DNA of 64,000 nt from an uncultured Acidobacteriota bacterium (lineage in GTDB: Bacteria > Acidobacteriota > UBA6911): contig CAZHQK010000128.1 in the NCBI GenBank assembly GCA_964534795.1, positions 70,091 through 134,090 of the forward strand, in the 5' to 3' direction. Made by a program: the position numbers and the translations under genes. The notes under the pieces are model-generated. The model ran no database searches. It had not been told where the DNA came from and worked only from the letters and a program-made list of their open reading frames with translations. This document shows, piece after piece, positions 42,408 to 54,620 of this stretch (positions are counted from its first letter, which is position 1; every line of letters starts with the position of its first letter).

Positions 42408-42486
42408 GGGCAACGAACCTCCTCTCCTTTCGACGGCCGGCGGCCGCCGCGGGCGGCGCGCGCACGGGCCCGCCCGGCGCTCCGCC

Positions 42487-43572
42487 TCACCACTGGAACG
42501 GCCGCACGAACTCGCCCCGAGTCGGCCGGCGCAGCCGCTTGAAAAGCCCCAGCTCGAATTCCTTTTCCGCTCCGACCCACTGCTCTTCGGACGGCTCCGC
42601 GCCCACGCGCCGGCTGCCCCCACCGATGGCGCCGTGCCCGCCGGCCTCCTTGGGATCCGCGAAAACATCGCGCAGAACCTCGCCCGCCTGCGCGTAAGGC
42701 TGCGACGTGCGCAGCGAGACGTGCAGTCTTTCCCGATAGCGCCCGGTGCAGGCGGCCCACTTGACCCGCTCGTAGGTCAGGAGGAACTCGGCCATCTGCG
42801 AAACCAGGTCGGGGTTCTCGATGAAACCGAGATGGGAAACGATCACGCCGCGGTTGACGAAGGCGCCGCGGATCGCCTTCCCCAAGGTCAGGAAGAAGCG
42901 GCGCGAGCGCGTGGGATTCTGGATGCGGGCGAGCATCTTCATGTCGCAGCGGGCGAGCACCGACAGGTAGGTCTGGACCACGTCGGGCCTGCGGGCGCGG
43001 TACAGGTCCAGGGTGTCCGATATGATGCCGTAAGCCAGCGCCGTGGCGACGCGCGCGGGTATCGGCGCGCCGCGCTGCAGCAATGCCTGGGCCACGATCG
43101 TGCAGGTTGCGCCCGCACCCGTGTCCACCAGCACCAGGTCGGCCGCCACCCTGGCGATCGAGGGGTGCTGGTCGATGACGACGGCCGCCCGCCGGCGCGC
43201 AGGAAACGGATTGTTCTCGAAGCTGGGCTGGGTGTCCACCAGCGCGACATTGCGGTACTTGCCCAGGTCGCCCGCGCGCAACCTGCGCGCGGGTATCTTG
43301 AGGATGCGCACCATGGCGCGGTTCTCCGTGCGCCCGATTATGCCGCCGTAGGCGATCGCGGCCTGGATGCCGTAACACTGCCCGGCGAGATAGGCGAGCG
43401 CGTAAGCGGCGGCCAGGGCGTCCGGGTCCGGGTAGTCGTGGGTCAGGATCAATAGCGGCGACAGCGCCTTCCGGCGCCGCGCGAGAAAGCGCAGGAGCCG
43501 CCGCGCATGCCCGGCGGCTGCTTCTTCCGGCTTGCCCGCCTCGATCGCCGATCGGCCGGCGTCATCCATCAT
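42487..43572 (-). CDS. nrnA: DHH-family phosphoesterase (NrnA-like bifunctional oligoribonuclease/pAp phosphatase)
   Basis: DHH motifs (...LTHDYPDPDALAA..., VVIDQHP) and a DHHA1 C-terminal GGHGAIGGG (GGGH) motif. Confidence 0.7.
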   Translation of the reverse strand: MMDDAGRSAIEAGKPEEAAAGHARRLLRFLARRRKALSPLLILTHDYPDPDALAAAYALAYLAGQCYGIQAAIAYGGIIGRTENRAMVRILKIPARRLRAGDLGKYRNVALVDTQPSFENNPFPARRRAAVVIDQHPSIARVAADLVLVDTGAGATCTIVAQALLQRGAPIPARVATALAYGIISDTLDLYRARRPDVVQTYLSVLARCDMKMLARIQNPTRSRRFFLTLGKAIRGAFVNRGVIVSHLGFIENPDLVSQMAEFLLTYERVKWAACTGRYRERLHVSLRTSQPYAQAGEVLRDVFADPKEAGGHGAIGGGSRRVGAEPSEEQWVGAEKEFELGLFKRLRRPTRGEFVRPFQW

Positions 43573-43610
43573 ATGCGGCTTGCGTCCTCGGAAAGATCAG
43601 GGCATGCCGT

Positions 43611-45110
43611 TCACGGATTCACGCCCGTGTGGCAATCGGTGCACATCATCTCCTTCCACATGTCGCCGGCCTCTCCTGGGTGGCGGAACTCGAGCTTCTG
43701 CCCCACCACGGCGGCTTCCATGGCGCCCGGAGTGCCCTGCGCGACGATGACGTGGCAGAGGTCGCAGTCGCGCCGGATCACCTTCCCGTCCGCGGAGGCG
43801 TGCCGGTCGTTGTGGCAGCGGAAGCAGCCGGGGAACTCGAGATGGCCGATCGTGTTGGGGTAGGCACTCCAGCGCACCTTCATGTCGGGGAAAATGTTCT
43901 TGGCGAACGCGCGCTTGAGCCCTGCCACCGCGCGCTCGACCAGTTCCCTCTTGGCGGCGTATATCTCCGGGTAGTTCGCGCGGTAGTGACCGTGAACCGC
44001 CTCCTCAATGCCCTTCATGGCCGCCTCGGACGACGGGTATTCGCGCGCGCACGCCTCGACGGCCACCGCCTTGATCTCGGGCAACTCCCGCGGTATGTCG
44101 CCCGCCGTCATGGCATGGTTGACGAAAATCGCCGGCGCCCGGTAGTCGTGCGAGGGGCGGTTGTGGCAATCCATGCAATCCATGGTGCGCGCCGAGGCGC
44201 GGCGCACCTCATCGTCGCTCAGGGATTCGCCGGCCTCCTGGAAGATGCGCTCTTCCCCCGTGCCCCGATTGCGATAGCGCACCCAGCGGATCTTCTGGCG
44301 CGTTTCGTCGGAGATGTATTCGACCGTCACATCCTTGTTGATGTGCCAGTGGATGCCCTCGCGCAGGCCCAGCGCCGCCTGCTGCGCTCCGATCCTCATG
44401 ATGAGGTGGATGTGCCACTCGGTGTTCTGCTTGTCGAGCAGATAGTGAGTCTCGTAGCGCACGCTCTGGCTGTAGAACTTCTCGGGCCAGTGGCATTGCT
44501 CGCACGTCTCGCGGGCGGGCCGCAGGCTTTCGATGGGCGTGGGTATGGGTCGCGGATACTTGTCGAACATGACGGCATAGACCTGGTAGAGGCCGGACAT
44601 CTTGGAGCGCACGTACCAGCCGGCGCCGGGCCCGACATGGCAGCCGACGCAGGCCACGCGCGCATGCGGCGAGTTCTGGTATGCGGTGTACTCGGGATGC
44701 ATGACCGCGTGACAGAGCGTGCCGCAGAAGGCCACCGAATCCGTGTAGTGGTAGGCCTCGTAGCTGCCGAAAGCCGACAGGAAAAGCAGCACCGTCGTGC
44801 CGGCGGAAAAAATGAAGAACGCGTTGCGGTGCCGCGCATTGTTCAAATCCACGGTCGGCCAGGCCGGAGCCTCGCTGACGCCGGTGCGCTTTTCTTTGCG
44901 GACCTTGAGGATCATCCCGACGGGGATGAGCACCAGCCCGAAGAGCAATACCGCCGGCAGCAGAATGTACGTGATCAGGCCGAAATAAGCCGGCCCGCCT
45001 CCGGCGGCGAAGGAGATCACCATGAGGAAGATGATCATGAAAAGCGAGATCGCCGCGATCACGGCGCCGGTCAGGGTGGTCCAGTTGTGGGTCGAGCGCG
45101 GCAGTCTCAC
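43611..45110 (-). CDS. membrane-anchored multihaem c-type cytochrome (7 CxxCH motifs)
   Basis: N-terminal TM helix. Seven CxxCH motifs: CGTLCH, CVGCH, CEQCH, CMDCH, CFRCH, CDLCH and CTDCH. Confidence 0.8.
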   Translation of the reverse strand: MRLPRSTHNWTTLTGAVIAAISLFMIIFLMVISFAAGGGPAYFGLITYILLPAVLLFGLVLIPVGMILKVRKEKRTGVSEAPAWPTVDLNNARHRNAFFIFSAGTTVLLFLSAFGSYEAYHYTDSVAFCGTLCHAVMHPEYTAYQNSPHARVACVGCHVGPGAGWYVRSKMSGLYQVYAVMFDKYPRPIPTPIESLRPARETCEQCHWPEKFYSQSVRYETHYLLDKQNTEWHIHLIMRIGAQQAALGLREGIHWHINKDVTVEYISDETRQKIRWVRYRNRGTGEERIFQEAGESLSDDEVRRASARTMDCMDCHNRPSHDYRAPAIFVNHAMTAGDIPRELPEIKAVAVEACAREYPSSEAAMKGIEEAVHGHYRANYPEIYAAKRELVERAVAGLKRAFAKNIFPDMKVRWSAYPNTIGHLEFPGCFRCHNDRHASADGKVIRRDCDLCHVIVAQGTPGAMEAAVVGQKLEFRHPGEAGDMWKEMMCTDCHTGVNP

Positions 45111-45358
45111 GCGGCACCTCCCGGTATCGAAGCCGGCCCCGGTCCCGAAGCTTCGAAAGGCAGGCCCCGAGCACCGGACCGGACGGCGGTTTTCAAGATA
45201 CTGAGTTCACCCGGCAATGTCCAATGGTATCCGCCCCAAAGAACCCCGCACGGCGGCCAGGTGTGCGACGCCGCCGGCCGACCAACTGGCCGCCGGTCCG
45301 CCGCCGCGCGGCGGACCACCCGCCGGCCCCGCGAGGGTTCCGGGCAAAACACGGCCGG

Positions 45359-45958
45359 ATGTGTTATATCTTTACCGCGAGGGCGACCGTGAGCGATCCG
45401 CACGAGGCAGGCAGCGACCGCTACGGAGCGGTCCGGACCGGAATCGGAACCGTGTTGCTGGCATTCGGCGCGCGGGGCATCAGGATGATCATGCCCGCTG
45501 CGCCGGGCACGGCAGACTTCGAGCGCGAGTACCGGCGGCGTTTCGGCCGTCCCTTGCGCCCGGCGCCGTTGCCGCGGCGTTATGCGCGCGCGGTGCGCGC
45601 GGCGGCCGCGGGACGCCCATTCGAAATGCCCGAGGTGGATCTCACCGGCCTGCGCCCCTTCGAGAGCCGGGTGCTCGGCGCGCTGCGCGGGATTCCGCGG
45701 GGCCAGGTGCGCACGTATGGATGGCTGGCGCGGCAGGCGGGCAGCCCGGGCGCGGCGCGCGCCGCGGGCAACGCCATGGCGCGCAATCCCCTTCCCCTGC
45801 TGCTCCCCTGCCACCGGGTCGTCCCGGCACGCGGCGGCCTGGGAGGCTACGCATTCGGCCCGGCGATCAAGCGCGAGCTGCTGCGCAGGGAGGGCCTGAG
45901 CGTGGCCGGGCCGGAGCGGCCCGGCCGGCTGCGCGCGGCGGACGCCGGCAAGGCATGA
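45359..45958 (+). CDS. ogt: methylated-DNA--protein-cysteine methyltransferase (Ogt/MGMT family)
   Basis: Active-site PCHRV motif (LLLPCHRVV) and the preceding helix-turn-helix region. Start uncertain (ATG 45359 or a downstream GTG). Confidence 0.7.
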   Translation: MCYIFTARATVSDPHEAGSDRYGAVRTGIGTVLLAFGARGIRMIMPAAPGTADFEREYRRRFGRPLRPAPLPRRYARAVRAAAAGRPFEMPEVDLTGLRPFESRVLGALRGIPRGQVRTYGWLARQAGSPGAARAAGNAMARNPLPLLLPCHRVVPARGGLGGYAFGPAIKRELLRREGLSVAGPERPGRLRAADAGKA

Positions 45959-45994
45959 GCGTGTGCTCGCGCGCGCCGGCTTTTCGCCGCCGCG

Positions 45995-48043
<2,049 letters not shown>

Positions 48044-48101
48044 CTATGAATATACCAGAGGCGCCAGGGCGCCGCATCGGCCCGCGCAGCGTGCCCGCAG
48101 G

Positions 48102-51100
48102 TCAGCGCGGGATCACCACGGGCAGGCTCGCGAACACGTCTCCGCCGGGATTGTCAAAACGCAGCGCCACGGCGCTCACCGGGCGGCCGGCAACCACCTC
48201 CAGCGAACCTTCGAACTCGTCGAACCCGTATGGGAACCACTCGGTGAAGAACCGGGCCGTATGGCCCGCCGGGGGCAGCATCAGGAAAGCGCCGGCGGCG
48301 ATCCTCCCGTCGCTGCGCCGCAGGCGGAGCGTGAGCGATACCGGCTCGGCATTGGGGTTGCAAATCGCCATTCCCGATCCCGCCGTCCCCTTGCTGTCCA
48401 CATAAGTCAAGAAACGCGTCGCCGCGGGAGAGGAAACCACGGCCGCCTCGGACAGGATCCGGGTGCGATCGCGCGTCTGGAAAACGGCGCACCCGAATAT
48501 CGGATTCGGGCACGTCACCCTGGCCCAGCCGGCCCTGACGCCGGCCGCGGTGCCGTCGGTGACCAGACAGACCGTGCCGCGCGCATTCAGGTGAAGATCC
48601 ATCGAGGTGTATTCGGTGCCCCCTATCGGCAGGGCCATGGGAGTTCCGTCGCTGCGATAGAAATCGAGCCGGGCAGAGGTCGCGACGTCCTGTGCGTTCA
48701 TCAGAACCAGGTCGGTGCGGAAGCCGCCCCCGTCGGCAACCTGCGGAAAATAGAGCTCGGTCGACATCTCGTCCACGAGCACCGGCGCGCTCGAAAACAC
48801 ATGTTCGGATTCGGGCAGGTGCAGATTGTCGTATCGCAGGGCAAGCGCCGCGATCTCGCGGCTGGAGATGACCTCGAGAGTCCCCAGGAATCCGAACGGC
48901 GCCGCGGCGGGAAAGCGCTCAAAGGCGAACTCGCCGAGGTGCTCGCCGGGATCCAGGGTCAAGCCGGCGCTGCCGACGACCTTTCCGTCCGCGTCGCGCA
49001 GGATCATCTGCAGTTCCGATGCGGCGCTGCTCCCATTGACGAGCGCATAGCCGCCGGCGGCGTTCCGGGTGTTGTCGACGTAGATCACGCAGCGGCGTGT
49101 CGCCCTGGAAAGTCCCACCCCGGCTTCACAGCGGACACGCGCGCCGCGCAACAGGCGGAAAAGGGCGCTCCCGCCGACGGCGGCTTCGCTCGCTATGCGC
49201 GCGTAGCCGACCTCGACCCCGCCTGCAAGCCGCAAGGGCAGCCGAAAGGTCCCCATGGAGGGAACGCTGAAGTGCGCCGGATTGTAAGGCGCCGCGGGCA
49301 GGCCGGCAAAGGGCCGGCCGTCGCGCCCAAGCAGGGCGACGTCGACGCCGGAAGCGGTGGCGCCCGCATTGATCCCGGTCAGGACGGTCTCGTAGTCGCC
49401 GCCGGCGACTATCCGCGGAAAAAACGCGAGGTAAGCGGGCGCGGCCGGGACGGGCGTGAAATAGGTCCACGGCGACCAGTTCCCCCAGCGGCCGGCCGAT
49501 GCCGGCCGGATGCGCCAGCGATACTCCTGGTTTTCCGCCAGGGGAAACGGCAGAACCAGGCTGTCGCCGTAGACATCGTAGGAGGCCACCAGGCGGCTGC
49601 CGTCGGCAGACTCGACTTCCACGAGCGCATGGGACACGCCGGGAAACACCTGCCATTCGAATCGCGGATACAAGCCTGAAACGGCGCCGGCCGGTCCCAA
49701 GGCGGCAACCTCGGGCACCGCGGCACTGATGTCGGCCAGCCGGATCTCGATCTCGTTGGTACATACCGGGCAGTAGCGATTGCCGCTGACCATCATGCAA
49801 TACTCGGTAGGTCGATACCGCCCGCCGGTATAGTATCCGGCGCCTTCAAAAAGGCCCACTCCGCCCGAGCCGGGGCAACTGGGGATTTCCTTGCCCGGCG
49901 TCAGGAAGGCCCTCCAGGGAATCGTCTCCGGATCGCGCAGCGCCGTGATGTTGCGCGATGCCGACTCGTTGCCCGCATAGGTCTCCTGGTATTCCGTATA
50001 CTCGTCGGCCAGAAGCCCGACGTTGTGCCCCATTTCATGGGCGATCACATAATCGTTGCACAGCGTGGGAACGTCGCCGCCGTACTGGAATATGTAGGAA
50101 CTGACGCGCCCCATGCGGATGGGCTGATTCACCAGCACGATCCGGGTGTCGCACTCGGGGACATACTGATTGATGTACTGGGACACCAGCGTGGTATTCG
50201 CATGGAAAAGATAACCGCGCGACGGCGTGTCCAGATAGGTTCCCAGCACGGTGTCGCGCTGGATGACGGTCGTGCCGCCTGCGTCCCGCACGTCGTGGCC
50301 CGCCTGGCGCGAGACCAGGCGGATGCGAAAGATGTTGAAGGCCTCCCGATGATGCCGCCACAGATCCTGACCGAAGAGCGAGCGCGCCGTATCCAGGGTA
50401 TTCCGGTCGAAGAGCTCCTGGTCCCGGAGGTTGGGAACGCCGTCCCCGTTCAGGTCGACGAAGGGTTCGTTCTTGATGCGCGGGTCGGTCCCGTTGACGG
50501 GGGCCGATGCCGTTCCATAGCGCTGGTAGGGTTCGCCGGTGTCCCAGAGCCCGTTTTGGTTGAGATCGTAATAGAGCACGCCGTCCCACCGCCCGTTGCC
50601 GTTGACGTCGGTGTAGCTCTCGCTGATCCCGGTGTAGCCGTCGCCGATCATCACGATATTCCAGCGGTTCTCCCGGTCCGGCGTGCCGTACATCTGCGTC
50701 AGGGGCGTTCCGGTATCCTCGAACGGGGGGAAGGCGTCGAGAACGACGTCCTCGTATCGGTCCGCCGTCACCGCGCCGATGCGCTCCGTGCGCAGAATAT
50801 TGCGGCTGCCGGGATCGCTGAAGAATTTGACGAATCCGCCCGGCGTGTACAATATCGAAAAGCGCCCCTGGGCATCCGTGGTCGTCGCTTCATATTCCCG
50901 GGCCAGATCCGTATAGGACTGCACGCTCATACCCGCAAGCGGCGCGCCGTCGGCTCCCACAAGCCGGCCGGTCCACAGGAAGGGCTGCGGCACATCCAGG
51001 GCGATCGCGGTTTCCGAGTCGACATGGACGGTGCCGGCCGCGATGGGACGGCATCCGGCAAGATAGGCCGTCAGAGAGTAGGAACCGTTGCGCAGATAGA

Positions 51101-52541
51101 GAAAATACGAGCGGTAATACTTTCCGGTCGCGTCGTCGTAGCCGCTCGCCCCGGTCATGCCGCTGCCCGCATACACGGTCATCCCCCATCGATGGAGTTC
51201 GAACCGCACCAGGGACTTGCTCGCAAACCGGCCATGCACGGCCTCGCTGGGGAACCTGAGCGTGACGGCCAGGACTCCCTCGGCGCGCGGCAGCTGGAAA
51301 TCCGCCGCGTACGACGCTGCGACGGCGATATTCTTCATGGCGGCGGGCGCCAGGTTCGTATTGGCCGGAGGAAGCGCCTCGATCTCGTAGACGCCTTCGG
51401 GCACGCGAAAAGAGTATCGGCCGTCGCTGGTGGTCAGCCCGGAATTGACGAACATCCCGGAGGCGAACGCCCGTACGCGCGCGCCGCGCAGGGGATTTCC
51501 CGATGCATCCTTCACGATCCCCGAAATCTCGTTCCCTCCGAGGAGCTGGAAGTCGTAGGACGTATCCCCCCGAATCTCGAGGCCGACGGACTGGAGCACA
51601 TAGGAAGACGCGTAGGCCGAGAGGACAAAGCTGGAAGGCACGAGATTGCCGGGCACCAAAAAGGAGTATCTCCCGTTGCCGTCGCTCCTGGCAGTCCAGT
51701 TGCGCGCCGCCGTGGTCGCGGGGCTGAGCTGCCGCAGCAGAAGGTAAGCGCCGGCCAGGGGCGCCTGCCCTTCCCCATAGACTCTGCCCGATACCGAATA
51801 CTGAACTCCCGGCTCGAATTCGGCCGCGGCGCGGCCGGCAGGCTGCACGCCCGACTCCGCCAGCGCCGCCAGCTCGAGGGCGATCTCCTGGCTTATCTGC
51901 CGGCGCATATCTTCGGGAAGGGCTTCGAAATGCAGAGTTTCCCCGCCCGGCCGGCGAGCCGCTCCCGTGAGGCTGCCTGCCCGGGCTTCGCCCAGCAACC
52001 GGCGGTTCTCACGATCGAGCGCCAGGAATTCGCGGCGGTTCGCCGCGGCCCAATCCCTGAAGCGGCTGTCGATCGGGATCCGGAGCCGCTCGACAAGGTC
52101 CTGGTCGTAAACGGCGACCGCGGCAAGGCCTTCGACGGCGGGAACCTTCACCGTGAACGGCAGTTCTTGATCAGAGGAGACGATGGGCGACAGTCTGCCG
52201 GGATTCCGGATGCGTCTTGTTCCGATGGACTCACCGCGATCGTTGAGCAGCGCCAGCAGCCAGTCGTCCTCGGCCGCCAGGTGCTTGTTTTCCAAGTAGT
52301 TGTCGATTTCGGCGGCACCCAGCAGAAAGACCCCACCGTTCGCGGCCGCCAGATCGATGAGATAGCCGTTCCCTGCGCCCGATTCCCGGCCGGCCTGGAA
52401 GGCGCCGATTTCCGCCGCCGCGCGGGACGGCCGGCGGCCCGGTTTCTCCGAAAGCCCGGGAAGCACTGCGAGCACGCACGCTGCCAGGCATACCGCGATG
52501 CGTCGCATGCAGGGCCGCAATCCCCGGATTCCGGCAATCAT
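48102..52541 (-). CDS. large secreted zinc metalloprotease, peptidase M64 (IgA-peptidase-like) catalytic domain, with CarbopepD_reg-like and repeated beta-sandwich domains
   Basis: About 1480 aa. Start at MIAGIRGLRPCMRRIAVCLAACVLAVLPG (signal peptide) with CAGGAGGG RBS. HExxH zinc site in AHEMGHNVGLLADEY. SDGNGRYSF / TSDGRYSFRVPEG carboxypeptidase-regulatory-like repeats. DxNxNG-type Ca-binding loops. Confidence 0.7.
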   Translation of the reverse strand: MIAGIRGLRPCMRRIAVCLAACVLAVLPGLSEKPGRRPSRAAAEIGAFQAGRESGAGNGYLIDLAAANGGVFLLGAAEIDNYLENKHLAAEDDWLLALLNDRGESIGTRRIRNPGRLSPIVSSDQELPFTVKVPAVEGLAAVAVYDQDLVERLRIPIDSRFRDWAAANRREFLALDRENRRLLGEARAGSLTGAARRPGGETLHFEALPEDMRRQISQEIALELAALAESGVQPAGRAAAEFEPGVQYSVSGRVYGEGQAPLAGAYLLLRQLSPATTAARNWTARSDGNGRYSFLVPGNLVPSSFVLSAYASSYVLQSVGLEIRGDTSYDFQLLGGNEISGIVKDASGNPLRGARVRAFASGMFVNSGLTTSDGRYSFRVPEGVYEIEALPPANTNLAPAAMKNIAVAASYAADFQLPRAEGVLAVTLRFPSEAVHGRFASKSLVRFELHRWGMTVYAGSGMTGASGYDDATGKYYRSYFLYLRNGSYSLTAYLAGCRPIAAGTVHVDSETAIALDVPQPFLWTGRLVGADGAPLAGMSVQSYTDLAREYEATTTDAQGRFSILYTPGGFVKFFSDPGSRNILRTERIGAVTADRYEDVVLDAFPPFEDTGTPLTQMYGTPDRENRWNIVMIGDGYTGISESYTDVNGNGRWDGVLYYDLNQNGLWDTGEPYQRYGTASAPVNGTDPRIKNEPFVDLNGDGVPNLRDQELFDRNTLDTARSLFGQDLWRHHREAFNIFRIRLVSRQAGHDVRDAGGTTVIQRDTVLGTYLDTPSRGYLFHANTTLVSQYINQYVPECDTRIVLVNQPIRMGRVSSYIFQYGGDVPTLCNDYVIAHEMGHNVGLLADEYTEYQETYAGNESASRNITALRDPETIPWRAFLTPGKEIPSCPGSGGVGLFEGAGYYTGGRYRPTEYCMMVSGNRYCPVCTNEIEIRLADISAAVPEVAALGPAGAVSGLYPRFEWQVFPGVSHALVEVESADGSRLVASYDVYGDSLVLPFPLAENQEYRWRIRPASAGRWGNWSPWTYFTPVPAAPAYLAFFPRIVAGGDYETVLTGINAGATASGVDVALLGRDGRPFAGLPAAPYNPAHFSVPSMGTFRLPLRLAGGVEVGYARIASEAAVGGSALFRLLRGARVRCEAGVGLSRATRRCVIYVDNTRNAAGGYALVNGSSAASELQMILRDADGKVVGSAGLTLDPGEHLGEFAFERFPAAAPFGFLGTLEVISSREIAALALRYDNLHLPESEHVFSSAPVLVDEMSTELYFPQVADGGGFRTDLVLMNAQDVATSARLDFYRSDGTPMALPIGGTEYTSMDLHLNARGTVCLVTDGTAAGVRAGWARVTCPNPIFGCAVFQTRDRTRILSEAAVVSSPAATRFLTYVDSKGTAGSGMAICNPNAEPVSLTLRLRRSDGRIAAGAFLMLPPAGHTARFFTEWFPYGFDEFEGSLEVVAGRPVSAVALRFDNPGGDVFASLPVVIPR

Positions 52542-52796
52542 GAAGCGCCCTCCTGTCGGGCCCGGAAAGACCGGCCGCGCGTTCGGGTGGCGCGCTCTCG
52601 CGCCGACTTCGGCCATCGCCGGGCGGCCGCCTTCCGCTGCGGCGGGCAGAATAGCACAGTCGAGCCCCAACTCGGTACGCTCCGGCCTCGGACGGGCCGG
52701 CGCGTGCCGTCCCGGCTGTTGTAGTTGACGCGGGCGGCCGCGATTGTTTAACGTAGCGTGCGCAAACGAAAGGCGGCAGCGGCCGTCCGGTCTTCC

Positions 52797-54548
52797 ATGG
52801 ATTCATCGCCACGCGCTCATGTTTATCCCGACCCGATCCTCCACAACGAGCGCTATTACCAGCAGCTGCAGCGCAGGAACCTGCTGCGCCTCGTCCTGAC
52901 CTACCTCCTACCGATGGTGGTTCTCACCGTCTATTTCGCCATCCAATACCGGCAGATCCTGGACGTGAGCGCGCGGGCGCACCTGACGGCGATCGCGGAG
53001 AACCAGGCCAACACGCTCGATCTTTTCCTGCGGGAGCGCGTGGTCAACCTTTCCAACCTGATCGACAACCCCAAGCTGGAGCTGCCGCCTTCGCCGGCGG
53101 TCATGCAGTCGCTCCTGGCCACACTCCAGCAGAACAGCGAGACCTTCGTCGACGTCGGCTTCTTCGACAGCGACGGCATCCAGACGCAATATGCCGGACC
53201 CTATCCCCAGCTGGAGAAGCGGGACTACGGAAGCCAGCCGTGGTGGCTGGCGTTGCGCCGCAAGCAGGACAGTTTCATCATCACCGACATCTACCTCGGC
53301 TTCCGCGAGAAGCCGCATTTCACCATAGCGGTGAGCCGCACGCTCAACGGGCGCTACGTCGTGCTGCGCGCGACGATCGATCCCGAGCGATTCCTGGAGT
53401 ACATCACCCGCCTGGAGCACCCGAGCGATGTCTATACCTCGATCGTCAATGCGAGCGGCGACTACCAGGTGGTGACGCCCCAGCTGGGGAACGTGCTTTC
53501 GCGGTCCCCGATCCTCCCGCCGCGCACGCCCAAGAGCGATGCCGGCGTACTGAAGACCGAACGAGGAAAAATCTATTACGCGTATACCTGGCTGCGCACC
53601 TGCGACTGGGCCCTGATCGTGCAGTCCACCTCCGAAGTGGGCACGGGATTCGGCGGGCCCAGCTTCATCCGCCTGTTCGGCTTCTCGGCGGTCGTCATTC
53701 TGGCGATCTTCGTCATCATCGTCATGCGCGCCCGCAAGATCGTGAGCGAAGTCCGCGAGGCGGACAAGACGCGCGCCGAGCTGTCCGACAACCTGCTGCA
53801 CGCCTCGAAGCTGGCGGCGGTCGGCGAGATGGCTTCGGGGATCGCGCACGAGATCAACAACCCGCTGGCCGTCATCAGCGAGGAAGTCGGGCTGATCCAG
53901 GACGCGCTCAATCCGGCGTTCGGGCTCGGCAAGTCCATCGAGGACCTGAAGCCCAGCCTGGATCACATTCAGGAGGCGGTGTTCCGCTGTCGCGACATCA
54001 CGCGCAAGCTGCTGTCGTTCGTGCGCCGCAGCGAGATGAACCTGCAGACGTACGACATCCACCAGGTGATCGACGATGTCCTGCAGGGATTCTACATGCA
54101 CGAGATCGCCGTGTCCAACGTGGAGATCGTCCGGCAGTTTGCGCCCGTGGCGGCGCCGGTGGTCGTGGACAAGAACCAGCTGGAGCAGGTGTTCCTGAAC
54201 CTGATCAACAACGCCATCGACGCCATCCGCGGGCGCGGCCGGATTACGATCGCCACATCGGTCGACCACGGGCGCGTGCGCGTCGACGTGTCCGACACCG
54301 GCATCGGCATGACCCAGGAGCAGCTCGACCGCATCTTCGTCCCGTTCTTCACGACCAAAGAGGTCGGCAAGGGAACCGGCCTGGGCCTTTCGATAAGCTA
54401 CGGGATCATCAAGAGCCTGGGAGGGGATATTTCCGTGACCAGCACCTATGGCGTGGGAAGCACCTTCACCATCCATCTGCCGCTGGCCGCATCGCCGGCC
54501 GGGACACAGGAACCTCCGGCGGGTGCGGCAGGGGCAGGCCGCGGCTGA
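52797..54548 (+). CDS. sensor histidine kinase with periplasmic Cache-like sensor domain
   Basis: Two TM segments flank a roughly 250-aa extracytoplasmic domain. HisKA H-box (GIAHEINNPLAVI), then N, G1 (DTGIGM) and G2 (GTGLGLSI) boxes. Confidence 0.85.
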   Translation: MDSSPRAHVYPDPILHNERYYQQLQRRNLLRLVLTYLLPMVVLTVYFAIQYRQILDVSARAHLTAIAENQANTLDLFLRERVVNLSNLIDNPKLELPPSPAVMQSLLATLQQNSETFVDVGFFDSDGIQTQYAGPYPQLEKRDYGSQPWWLALRRKQDSFIITDIYLGFREKPHFTIAVSRTLNGRYVVLRATIDPERFLEYITRLEHPSDVYTSIVNASGDYQVVTPQLGNVLSRSPILPPRTPKSDAGVLKTERGKIYYAYTWLRTCDWALIVQSTSEVGTGFGGPSFIRLFGFSAVVILAIFVIIVMRARKIVSEVREADKTRAELSDNLLHASKLAAVGEMASGIAHEINNPLAVISEEVGLIQDALNPAFGLGKSIEDLKPSLDHIQEAVFRCRDITRKLLSFVRRSEMNLQTYDIHQVIDDVLQGFYMHEIAVSNVEIVRQFAPVAAPVVVDKNQLEQVFLNLINNAIDAIRGRGRITIATSVDHGRVRVDVSDTGIGMTQEQLDRIFVPFFTTKEVGKGTGLGLSISYGIIKSLGGDISVTSTYGVGSTFTIHLPLAASPAGTQEPPAGAAGAGRG

Positions 54549-54620
54549 GAGGCGCCGCCGGAGGACCCCAAGCGGCCCCGCAGGGCGCCCGCAGGAGAAA
54601 GAGCATCGCGAGGCAAGACC

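Noticed and set aside
40252-42465. 737-aa minus-strand ORF
   Set aside because: Out-of-frame overlap of the APC permease gene. The translation is Arg/Gly-rich nonsense.
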